Shown here piece after piece: positions 56,637 through 64,000 of a DNA stretch of 64,000 bases. The stretch's first letter is position 1. The number at the start of each line of letters is the position of its first letter. The stretch is from positions 362 through 64,361 of the forward strand of contig SVRM01000005.1 in assembly GCA_015064785.1 (NCBI GenBank), written 5' to 3'. Origin of the DNA: Oscillospiraceae bacterium. Its GTDB lineage: Bacteria > Bacillota > Clostridia > Oscillospirales > CAG-272. Made by a program: the position numbers and the translations under genes. Under the pieces are notes generated by a model. That model worked only from the letters and a program-made list of their open reading frames with translations, had not been told where the DNA came from and did no database searches.

Positions 56637-57701
56637 ATGAATTTTCAAGTCTCCCACGCATTTCTGATCATGACAGCGGCAGTGTTTCTGTTCACTGCCG
56701 TGATCTGCCGTTTTCTCATCCCGAAGCTCAAATCCCTGAAAATGGGTCAGAAAATTCTCGATATCGGTCCGCGCTGGCATAAAAATAAGGAAGGAACACC
56801 GACGATGGGCGGTCTGTCGTTCATCGCGGCATCCCTGATCGGTACCGTCATCCTCTGGATCGTTCTCTGGATCGTTTCCGGATCACCGCTTGCGATTCTC
56901 CGCGCCGGTGAATTCCTGATTACGCTGCTTTACGCCGTGGTTTCGGGTCTGATCGGTGTCATCGACGACTCGGTGAAAATCCGCAAAAAACAGAACGGCG
57001 GTCTGACAGCCGCGCAGAAATTCCTGCTTCAGGTCGGCTCGGCGGTCCTGTATGTATTTGCCATGCATCAGTGCGGCTTTATCGATACAACCCTGCGCAT
57101 TCCGTTCTTCGGCTGGGAGTGGGAGCTTGGCATTTTCTATTATGTCATTGCCGTCATCCTGCTCACGGGCGTTGTCAACTCCGTCAATTTAACCGACGGC
57201 ATCGACGGTCTTGCCGCAACGGAAACCTTCGTTGTCGGTGCGTTCTTTGCAATCGTTGCCTTCTTTGCGGAAACGAGCTTCTTCACCGCGCTCGGCGGCT
57301 ACAATCTGTCTCTGGCACTCGGTGCGGCAACCGCCATCGGCGCGTCGCTTGGATTCCTTGTCTACAACTTCTATCCGGCACGGGTCTTCATGGGGGATAC
57401 AGGTTCCCTGTTCCTCGGAGCGCTCGTCGTCGGCTGTGCCTTCATGGCGGACAATCCGCTGATTATTCTGTTCGCCGGTCTGATGTATATCATCGAAACC
57501 GCGTCTGTCATGCTCCAGACCACTTATTTCAAGATTACCCGTATCCGCTTCGGCGAGGGCAGACGCATTTTCAAAATGTCGCCGATCCACCACCACTTCG
57601 AGATGTGCGGCTGGAACGAGATCAGGATCGTTTCCGTCTTCGGCATCGCAGCCCTTCTGTTCTGTGCAGTCACCTATCTGCTGGATTACATGGTTCTCTG
57701 A
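56637..57701 (+). CDS. mraY: Phospho-N-acetylmuramoyl-pentapeptide transferase
   Basis: 354-aa polytopic protein with motifs NLTDGIDGLA and MGDTGSLFLG. RBS AAAGGAG. Confidence 0.96.
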   Translation: MNFQVSHAFLIMTAAVFLFTAVICRFLIPKLKSLKMGQKILDIGPRWHKNKEGTPTMGGLSFIAASLIGTVILWIVLWIVSGSPLAILRAGEFLITLLYAVVSGLIGVIDDSVKIRKKQNGGLTAAQKFLLQVGSAVLYVFAMHQCGFIDTTLRIPFFGWEWELGIFYYVIAVILLTGVVNSVNLTDGIDGLAATETFVVGAFFAIVAFFAETSFFTALGGYNLSLALGAATAIGASLGFLVYNFYPARVFMGDTGSLFLGALVVGCAFMADNPLIILFAGLMYIIETASVMLQTTYFKITRIRFGEGRRIFKMSPIHHHFEMCGWNEIRIVSVFGIAALLFCAVTYLLDYMVL

Positions 57702-57765
57702 TCCGACGGTCAGCACGGAACCAACCGACCACCCTCTGAATGTCTGAAAGAAAGGAGAATACTCC

Positions 57766-59178
57766 ATGGACTCCAACAACACGGATTACCGCCGCAGAAC
57801 CGCCCGACAGGATGCCGGACAGCAAAATGTCCGAAGACAATCTGCCCGACAGCAGCCGCCCCGGCAAGGACAGCCCACGCAGAACAGCACTTCCCGCAGG
57901 ACCGCACAGCAAAATCCCGGACGCCGGAATGCCGCACAAACCGGCGCACCGCAGTCCACGGCACAGCCGCGCAATGGGACACAGCAGCCCCGCCGTCCGC
58001 AGAGCCGCCCCATGCGTACACCGCCGCCTGCCGCAAAACCGATCAAAGAACACAACGATCAGCCGACGGAAACCATCATCCGTCTGCGCGGCTCGGTTGA
58101 CCGTCCTTTTCTGATTCTGGTCATCATTCTCGTTCTGATCGGCTCTGCCATGGTTTTCTCCGCAAGCTACGCTTATGCGGAATACCACTTCGGCGACAGT
58201 CTCTACTTTATCCGTTCTCAGCTGCGCTGGGTCGTCGTCGGCTTCGGCTTTATGTTCATCGCTATGAACTTTGACTACCGCTGGTTCCAGAAGCTGACCA
58301 TGCCCGCGTTCTTCGGCACATTTGTGCTTCTGTGTCTTGTGCCTGTCATCGGTAAAACCGTTAAAGGTGCCACGCGCTGGATCGAAGTCGGTCCGATTCA
58401 GATCCAGCCGTCGGAAATGATGAAGCTGGCGCTGGTCATGGTGCTGGCACTTTACATCGCCGCAAACCGCGGACAAATGGGAAAATTCCGATACGGTATT
58501 CTGTTCCCGTATACAATCATCGGTGCTGTCTGCTTTGTCACGGCGCTGGAAAAACACCTGTCCGCGACCATGATTCTGCTGATGATCGGTACGCTCGTTA
58601 TCTTCATCGGCGGCGCCCCCGTCAAATGGCTCGGCATCTTCATGGGCTCCGGTGCAGGTCTTGTCGCACTTGCAATCGCCTTCTTTGACTACGCAAGACG
58701 CCGTGTCGAATACTGGCTTGTTCCCGAAAATGACCCCGGTTCTGCCGGATACCAGCTTCTGCAAAGTCTGTATGCCATCGGCTCGGGCGGTACGCTCGGC
58801 ACTGGACTTGGCAACAGCCGGCAGAAATACCTGTATCTGCCGGAATCGCAGAATGACTTCATCTTCGCTGTCATCTGCGAGGAATTCGGCTTCATCGGTG
58901 CTGTCACCATCATCGTCCTGTTCGGACTGCTTCTGTGGCGCGGCATCGTCATTGCGACCCATGCCCCCGATACCTACTCCTCCATTCTGACGATGGGTAT
59001 CATTTCCCAGATCGCCATGCAGTGCATCATGAACATCGCCGTCGTCACAGGCTCCATGCCCGTTACCGGCGTTTCCCTGCCGTTCTTCTCCTACGGCGGC
59101 TCCTCCCTCATCATGCTGCTCGTTGAAATGGGCATGATTCTGTCCGTTTCACGCTACTCCTATCAGCAGAAAAAATAG
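57766..59178 (+). CDS. ftsW: SEDS peptidoglycan glycosyltransferase FtsW/SpoVE with an Arg/Gln/Pro-rich N-terminal extension
   Basis: 470 aa. The first roughly 105 aa are low complexity (RRRTARQDAGQQNVRRQSARQQPPRQGQP...). The SEDS core follows (GATRWIEVGPIQIQPSEMMKL...LPESQNDFIFAVICEEFGF...SYGGSS). Confidence 0.9.
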   Translation: MDSNNTDYRRRTARQDAGQQNVRRQSARQQPPRQGQPTQNSTSRRTAQQNPGRRNAAQTGAPQSTAQPRNGTQQPRRPQSRPMRTPPPAAKPIKEHNDQPTETIIRLRGSVDRPFLILVIILVLIGSAMVFSASYAYAEYHFGDSLYFIRSQLRWVVVGFGFMFIAMNFDYRWFQKLTMPAFFGTFVLLCLVPVIGKTVKGATRWIEVGPIQIQPSEMMKLALVMVLALYIAANRGQMGKFRYGILFPYTIIGAVCFVTALEKHLSATMILLMIGTLVIFIGGAPVKWLGIFMGSGAGLVALAIAFFDYARRRVEYWLVPENDPGSAGYQLLQSLYAIGSGGTLGTGLGNSRQKYLYLPESQNDFIFAVICEEFGFIGAVTIIVLFGLLLWRGIVIATHAPDTYSSILTMGIISQIAMQCIMNIAVVTGSMPVTGVSLPFFSYGGSSLIMLLVEMGMILSVSRYSYQQKK

Positions 59179-59220
59179 CGTTTCCATCCCATAAAACCCA
59201 ACCTCAGAAAGGAAATCCTC

Positions 59221-60348
59221 ATGAGAGTTTTCATGACAGGCGGCGGCACCGGCGGTCACGTCAATCCCGCACTCGCCATTGCAAATACCATCCGTGAACG
59301 CGAACCGGACTCCGAAATCGCCTTTGTCGGTACCTCGCGCGGCATCGAAAACAAGCTCGTGCCGAAGGAAGGATACCCTCTGCACCACATCGAAATCCGC
59401 GGTCTGCGCCGTTCCCTTTCCTTACAGAATCTCAAAACCGCTGTGATGGTCATCACCTCCGTCTCCAAAGGGAAAAAGCTCATCCGGCAATTCAAGCCCG
59501 ATATCGTCATCGGTACCGGCGGCTACGCGTGTTTTCCGATCATGAAGGCGGCAGCAAAGATGGGCATTCCGACCGCCCTGCATGAGTCCAACGCTTATCC
59601 CGGCATCGCCGTCAAAATGCTGGAATCGTCCGTTGATCGCATGTTCATCAACTTTGAGGACTGCAAAAAGAACCTCAAGTATCCCGACCGCGCCATGGTC
59701 GTCGGCAATCCGCTGCGCTCCAAGCCCGGTATGATCTCCTACGACGATGCACGCAAAGCCCTGGGCATCACCGGAAAATACCGCCATTTCCTGCTCTCCT
59801 GCGGCGGCTCCATGGGCGCAGAACAGGTCAACTTTGCCATGCTGGATCTCATGAAGGAATACACCTCCAAGCATCCGGAGATTCTCCATGTTCATGCGAC
59901 CGGTGCCATTGAATACGAAATTGCCAAGAAAATGTTCGAGGATGCCGGTCTTGACAAATGCGAAAATATCCGGCTCGTCGAATATATTTACGATATGCCG
60001 CAGCAGATGGCAGCGGCAGACCTGGTGGTCGCACGTGCCGGCTCCATCACCCTGTCCGAACTTGCACTGGAAGGCAAGCCGTGCATCCTGATTCCCTCTC
60101 CGAATGTCACGGAGAACCACCAGTACAAAAATGCAAAGGTTCTCGCTGACCGCGGTGCCGCAATCCTCATCGAGGAAAAGGACATCACACCGCAAAAAAC
60201 CGTGGATGCCGTCCGCTCGGTGCTGGACAGCATGGAAACGCGCCGCGCCATGCAGGATGCCATCCGTACGCTTGCCGTCTCCGACGCGTGCGACCGCATT
60301 TATGAGGAATGCCGCCGTCTGGTTGACGCATCCAAAGCAGGTAAATAA
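59221..60348 (+). CDS. murG: UDP-N-acetylglucosamine--N-acetylmuramyl-(pentapeptide) pyrophosphoryl-undecaprenol GlcNAc transferase
   Basis: 375 aa. N-terminal GGGTGGHVNPALA motif and a C-terminal ARAGSITLSELA motif. Confidence 0.95.
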   Translation: MRVFMTGGGTGGHVNPALAIANTIREREPDSEIAFVGTSRGIENKLVPKEGYPLHHIEIRGLRRSLSLQNLKTAVMVITSVSKGKKLIRQFKPDIVIGTGGYACFPIMKAAAKMGIPTALHESNAYPGIAVKMLESSVDRMFINFEDCKKNLKYPDRAMVVGNPLRSKPGMISYDDARKALGITGKYRHFLLSCGGSMGAEQVNFAMLDLMKEYTSKHPEILHVHATGAIEYEIAKKMFEDAGLDKCENIRLVEYIYDMPQQMAAADLVVARAGSITLSELALEGKPCILIPSPNVTENHQYKNAKVLADRGAAILIEEKDITPQKTVDAVRSVLDSMETRRAMQDAIRTLAVSDACDRIYEECRRLVDASKAGK

Positions 60349-60391
60349 CCCTTGTGTATGACAAAAGTCCCAACGAAAGGTGGTGAAACGT

Positions 60392-61594
60392 ATGCCGGAT
60401 AACCGCGATATCTCCTCGTTTTTCGATGAAAATGAGGAAGCCTCGCCGACCAATCTTCCGATGGCACCGGTCTCCTCCGACGAGGATGACGACGGCATCT
60501 TCATAAACTGGCCGGGATTTGATTACGGTGACAATCCCGACCGTCCGCTGTATGACGATGAAGATACCGCCCCCGACGAAGATGGCGCGGACGCCCGGGA
60601 TGACGATCCCTTCTATGACGCTGAACCGCTGAAAAAGAAGAAAAAACGCGATAAGCAGAAGAAAAAGGAAAAGAAATCCCAAAAGCAGCAAGCCTCCGCT
60701 GATGCAGAGCATACAGACGACGGTGAGGATTATGCGTTCCGCCATGCTGCCGATTCCGACATGGAAGAATCCCGTGGAAAGCGCAAAAAGCCAAAGAAGG
60801 ACGAATCCGACAACGAAACCACCTTATCTTCCATTAAGTATTACAAGCACACCGCAAGGCTCAGGGAAATTTTCCTGCGCCGGCTTCTGCCGATCGTTCT
60901 GGTGCTTGTCTTTATCGTTGGATTTGTGCTGTATTTCTTCCGGCTTCAGCATCTGGTCTTTGACAATCTGCGCGGCTACGATGCGGAGGAGGTTTTCCGT
61001 GCCATCCATGTGCGCAAGAACCAGTTCATATTCACCATCAATGACGGTGACATCGAGCGCCGCCTGCGCGCAAAGTTCCCATACATAGAAGACGTGGAGG
61101 TCGAGCTGACACTGCCCGACACCGCACATCTGGTCTTCACCGAGGACAGCGCACGGTTTTACACGAAAATCTACGACGAATATTTCGTCATTTCCCAGTC
61201 CATGCGTGTCCTGGCGCGTTACAGCAGCACGGACGAGCTGGATCCCGGTCTGCGCGAAATTACCCTTCCCGCCGTCTCCTACGCCGTTGTCGGTCATTCC
61301 CTGCGGTTCTTTGATATGTCGTATCTGTCGTTTTTGTCGTCGTTTCTGGATACCATCGAGAATGCCGATATTTACCGCGGTATCGCATCGATGGACCTGT
61401 CCAACCGTTTTGACATCATCCTCAATTATGAGGACAGGCTTTTGGTGGAGCTGGGTGATGATGAGAACCTCGAAACGCGGCTGCTCTTTGTCCATAGTAC
61501 CATCGACGCACTCGAAGCAGATCAGCGCGGTACCCTGCATATCATCGACAACAAGCAGGCAATCTTCTCGCCCGAGGCGCGGGATGCCGGGTAA
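60392..61594 (+). CDS. ftsQ: Cell division protein FtsQ/DivIB-like with an acidic/lysine-patch N-terminal extension
   Basis: The ATG at 60392 follows AAAGGTGGTG. About 160 aa of D/E-rich sequence with a KKKKKRDKQKKKEKK patch is followed by one TM helix (LLPIVLVLVFIVGFVLYFF) and a POTRA-like domain. Position is between murG and ftsZ. Confidence 0.75.
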   Translation: MPDNRDISSFFDENEEASPTNLPMAPVSSDEDDDGIFINWPGFDYGDNPDRPLYDDEDTAPDEDGADARDDDPFYDAEPLKKKKKRDKQKKKEKKSQKQQASADAEHTDDGEDYAFRHAADSDMEESRGKRKKPKKDESDNETTLSSIKYYKHTARLREIFLRRLLPIVLVLVFIVGFVLYFFRLQHLVFDNLRGYDAEEVFRAIHVRKNQFIFTINDGDIERRLRAKFPYIEDVEVELTLPDTAHLVFTEDSARFYTKIYDEYFVISQSMRVLARYSSTDELDPGLREITLPAVSYAVVGHSLRFFDMSYLSFLSSFLDTIENADIYRGIASMDLSNRFDIILNYEDRLLVELGDDENLETRLLFVHSTIDALEADQRGTLHIIDNKQAIFSPEARDAG

Positions 61595-61712
61595 GATTCA
61601 CGGCATTTGTTTTTACAGGCTCTTTATAAATTCAGCTCCTGCCGGATTTATACAGGTTTCCCGTATTTTGGCGGAAATTCTGTAAACATTCCGTGAATTT
61701 TTTCTCAGCATC

Positions 61713-61741
61713 TTGAAAAAAACGCGAAAAAAAGGTATTAT
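61713..61741 (+). promoter_or_regulatory. Candidate promoter upstream of ftsZ
   Basis: TTGAAA (61713-61718), a 17-nt spacer, then TATTAT (61736-61741). It leaves a leader of roughly 130 nt. Confidence 0.45.
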
Positions 61742-61879
61742 ATTATATAAGGATTCCGTTTGTGTCTGCGCAGACGTTCCTCTCTTTTCTTTTTGCTTTT
61801 TTTCGCGCAGGGCACAAAACTAAACGCTATTTACAAATCATCATGCAAGATCATATTACATAAACAGGAGGATTCAGTC

Positions 61880-63088
61880 ATGGCAAATTTTGAATTTGAC
61901 GCAGGCGAAACAAGCGTTGTTAATATAAAGGTAGTCGGTGTCGGCGGCGGCGGTAATAACGCGGTCAACCGTATGATTGAAAGCAATGTCAAGGGCGTTG
62001 CGTTCATCGCCATCAACACAGACCTGCAGGCACTCGCAAAGTCCAACGCTCCCGTAAAAATCAACATCGGTGACAAGATCACCAAGGGTAAGGGCGCAGG
62101 CGCCAATCCCGATGTCGGCGCACATGCAGCTGAGGACAGCCGTGATGAAATCGTCCGCGCGCTGGAAGGCGCTGACATGGTCTTCATCACCACCGGCATG
62201 GGCGGCGGTACCGGTACAGGTGCTGCTCCCGTCGTTGCAAAGATCGCACGCGAAATGGGGATTCTGACGGTAGCCATCGTCACCAAGCCCTTCTCCTTTG
62301 AAGGCAAGCGCAGAATGGACCAGGCAGAAGCCGGCATCATCCGCCTGCGTGAAAATGTAGACTCCCTGCTGATCATCCCCAATGACAGACTGAAGGAAGC
62401 ATCCGAAACCAAGCTGACGCTGATGAATGCGTTCTCCATTGCCGACGACGTTCTCCGCCGCGGTGTTCAGTCCATCTCCGAGCTGATCAATGTCCCCGGT
62501 ATCATCAACCTCGACTTTGCTGACGTCACCAACATCATGGCAGACGCAGGTCTGGCGCACATGGGTACCGGTCAGGCATCCGGCAAGGACAAGGCAGAAA
62601 AGGCAGCCCAGATGGCAATCACCTCTCCGCTGCTCGAAACCTCGATTGCTGGTGCAAAGGGACTGCTCATCAACATCACCGGTTCTCCCGATATCGGTCT
62701 GGACGAAGCCTCCACCGCATCCCAGCTCATCACCGATCAGGCAGATCCCGATGCAACCATCATCTGGGGTGTTGCCGTTGACGAATCCCTCGAGGACGAA
62801 ATTCAGGTTACGGTCATCGCAACCGGTCTTGACGCCGACAAGAAGCTCAAGAAGCTGACGCCTGAAGAAATCGCAGAAGAAGAAGCACGCATTGCCGCTG
62901 AAGAAAAGGCAAAGGAAGAAGCAGAACGTGCAGAAGCAGAAGCGAAGGCAAAGGCTGAGGCAGAAGCAAAGGCGAAGGCAGAAGAAGAAGCACGTAATGC
63001 ACCGGTTGACCCTGTCACCGACGGCGTTATCTCCGACTCCGACTTCGATGACATCATGAAGATTCTCAAGCGCACCCGCCGCAGCTGA
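61880..63088 (+). CDS. ftsZ: Cell division GTPase FtsZ
   Basis: The ATG at 61880 follows an [27 protein letters not shown] and the tubulin signature ([13 protein letters not shown]) are present. A long E/A/K linker and a C-terminal peptide ([15 protein letters not shown]) follow. Confidence 0.97.
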   Translation: MANFEFDAGETSVVNIKVVGVGGGGNNAVNRMIESNVKGVAFIAINTDLQALAKSNAPVKINIGDKITKGKGAGANPDVGAHAAEDSRDEIVRALEGADMVFITTGMGGGTGTGAAPVVAKIAREMGILTVAIVTKPFSFEGKRRMDQAEAGIIRLRENVDSLLIIPNDRLKEASETKLTLMNAFSIADDVLRRGVQSISELINVPGIINLDFADVTNIMADAGLAHMGTGQASGKDKAEKAAQMAITSPLLETSIAGAKGLLINITGSPDIGLDEASTASQLITDQADPDATIIWGVAVDESLEDEIQVTVIATGLDADKKLKKLTPEEIAEEEARIAAEEKAKEEAERAEAEAKAKAEAEAKAKAEEEARNAPVDPVTDGVISDSDFDDIMKILKRTRRS

Positions 63089-63117
63089 GATTGCATCCAA
63101 TCCCAAACCAAAATCAC

Positions 63118-63148
63118 AAAAGACTGACCGATCGGTCAGTCTTTTTCT
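63118..63148 (+). terminator. Intrinsic terminator after ftsZ
   Basis: A perfect hairpin (AGACTGACCG/CGGTCAGTCT) is preceded by AAA and followed by TTTTT. Confidence 0.75.
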
Positions 63149-63151
63149 ATC

Positions 63152-63202
63152 CGCAAAAAAGAAAACCGGGGTTGCTGCAAGTAAAAAACTTGTAACAACC
63201 CC
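63152..63202 (-). terminator. Intrinsic terminator of the right-hand SBP gene
   Basis: On the minus strand a GGGGTTG...CAACCCC hairpin is followed by GGTTTTCTTTTTT. It lies 14 nt after the stop at 63216. Confidence 0.6.
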
Positions 63203-63215
63203 AATCGATTTGCAC

Positions 63216-64000
63216 TTATTCGAGAGAATTGAATGCTTCCCAAAGCTCGTCGAGCTTGGCCTGGGCCTTTTCCTCATACTTGAGGTAATTGGAAACAAAG
63301 TCGGTTTTCTTGCCCTGAAGCGGCATGGAGAACGCATTGTACAGCGGCAAGTTCTGGCAGTAGTTACCGAACGCAACCGGGAAGACGCAGGAGATGTTGT
63401 AACGGATGATATCGAGCATCTGCGCAGACTGATCATCACGCGCATACTTGACCTTCAGTGCGGTTTCGTAGTAAGCCGGAACGACATCCTTTGCGGACTC
63501 GCGGGAGAGCACTTCGAGAACGGCACCCATCGTGTCAAGCTTCGTACAGGTCATCGGAATGACACCGACATTCGCCGTATCGTGAGAAGACGTGATGTAG
63601 TTTTCCTGTGCTTCGTCCATCTTCGGATACGGCAGAATACCGATATCGGTTTCCATATCGCGGAACAGCTCCAGAGAAGAAACGCGCTGATAACCGCCGA
63701 ACAGGGAGTTGCCGTTGATGAACGCATTGGTACAAGCCTCGACACTTGCAGAGTAGTTGCGCGTACCCTCGCCATGGAAAATATCCACCAGATTGGTAAG
63801 CAGCTGGACAGAACGCTCGTTGTTCATTGCAAAGTACGGTGCGCCGTCGGATTCGTATTCCAGGAACGTAATGTCGGATGCGATAACCCACGGGATCATC
63901 GGTCCCCAGTAATTGATGGTACAGAAACCGTAACGGTCATCATCATCGGGTGCACCGTCACCGTTGATGTCCTGATATGCTTCGTTGACATAGCCGAGGA
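63216..64000 (-). CDS. Extracellular solute-binding lipoprotein, C-terminal part (gene continues past the right edge)
   Basis: The track lists 63216-63899 from an internal Met. The frame stays open to 64000 (my translation: ...LGYVNEAYQDINGDGAPDDDDRYGFCTINYWGPMIPWV...). It is paralogous to the ORF at 1040-2518. Confidence 0.8.
   Translation of the reverse strand, partial: LGYVNEAYQDINGDGAPDDDDRYGFCTINYWGPMIPWVIASDITFLEYESDGAPYFAMNNERSVQLLTNLVDIFHGEGTRNYSASVEACTNAFINGNSLFGGYQRVSSLELFRDMETDIGILPYPKMDEAQENYITSSHDTANVGVIPMTCTKLDTMGAVLEVLSRESAKDVVPAYYETALKVKYARDDQSAQMLDIIRYNISCVFPVAFGNYCQNLPLYNAFSMPLQGKKTDFVSNYLKYEEKAQAKLDELWEAFNSLE

Noticed and set aside
61742-61879. GTCTGCGCAGAC palindrome followed by a T-rich tract in the ftsZ leader, checked as a possible attenuator.
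   Set aside because: The palindrome leaves no loop, so the effective stem is about 4 bp. The T-rich tract is interrupted. This is too weak to call.
1-64000. Scan for tRNA, rRNA or tmRNA genes, transposases, integrases, phage genes, toxin-antitoxin pairs and defence systems.
   Set aside because: No ORF or sequence in the window shows the corresponding hallmarks. Every substantial ORF is accounted for by housekeeping, envelope or hypothetical lipoprotein and membrane functions.

Overview
GC-rich chromosome segment of a spore-forming Firmicute, by inference a Clostridia (Oscillospiraceae/Ruminococcaceae-like) genome. It is almost entirely core housekeeping DNA.

Gene content, left to right:
- 5' end of rpoB.
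- An orphan solute-binding lipoprotein, then a solitary GerA-family germination protein.
- A class-V aminotransferase with a DUF3343 partner, then a beta-lactamase-like serine hydrolase.
- The yabO-yabP-yabQ-divIC-yabR block, then hup.
- The conserved minus-strand run rpsB-tsf-[insert]-frr-uppS-cdsA-dxr-rseP-ispG-polC.
- ylmC and alr.
- A PmoA-family protein and several small lipoprotein or membrane ORFs.
- murA.
- walR-walK-yycH-yycI.
- A polysaccharide deacetylase, DUF3810, an RluA-family pseudouridine synthase, GNAT and CapA genes.
- gpmI.
- A dcw cluster: rsmH-ftsL-pbp-murE-murF-mraY-ftsW-murG-ftsQ-ftsZ.
- A second orphan solute-binding lipoprotein running off the right edge.

I found no rRNA, tRNA, CRISPR array, transposase, integrase, or recognisable defence or biosynthetic cluster. 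I do not see a convincing multi-gene novel system.

Observations most worth a second look:
1. The canonical pyrH slot between tsf and frr holds two strongly diverged paralogous giant lipoprotein cassettes. They are separated by a duplication scar, a 30-codon frr'-'tsf chimera joined at a 10-nt microhomology. The regulatory flanks are nearly identical.
2. A MITE-like, hairpin-module element is present in two inverted copies, each with its own long target-site duplication (12 and 14 bp). Each copy sits just upstream of a ribosome-binding site in the same relative orientation, and one splits yycH from yycI.
3. A roughly 470-nt hairpin-dense leader lies upstream of murA.
4. The dcw cluster lacks mraZ, murD and ftsA, and its FtsL, FtsW, FtsQ and FtsZ carry long low-complexity extensions.

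Many long ORFs in the track are antisense shadows of real genes. Several track starts are TTG or GTG extensions, which I trimmed to ATG starts with a Shine-Dalgarno sequence where that was clear.
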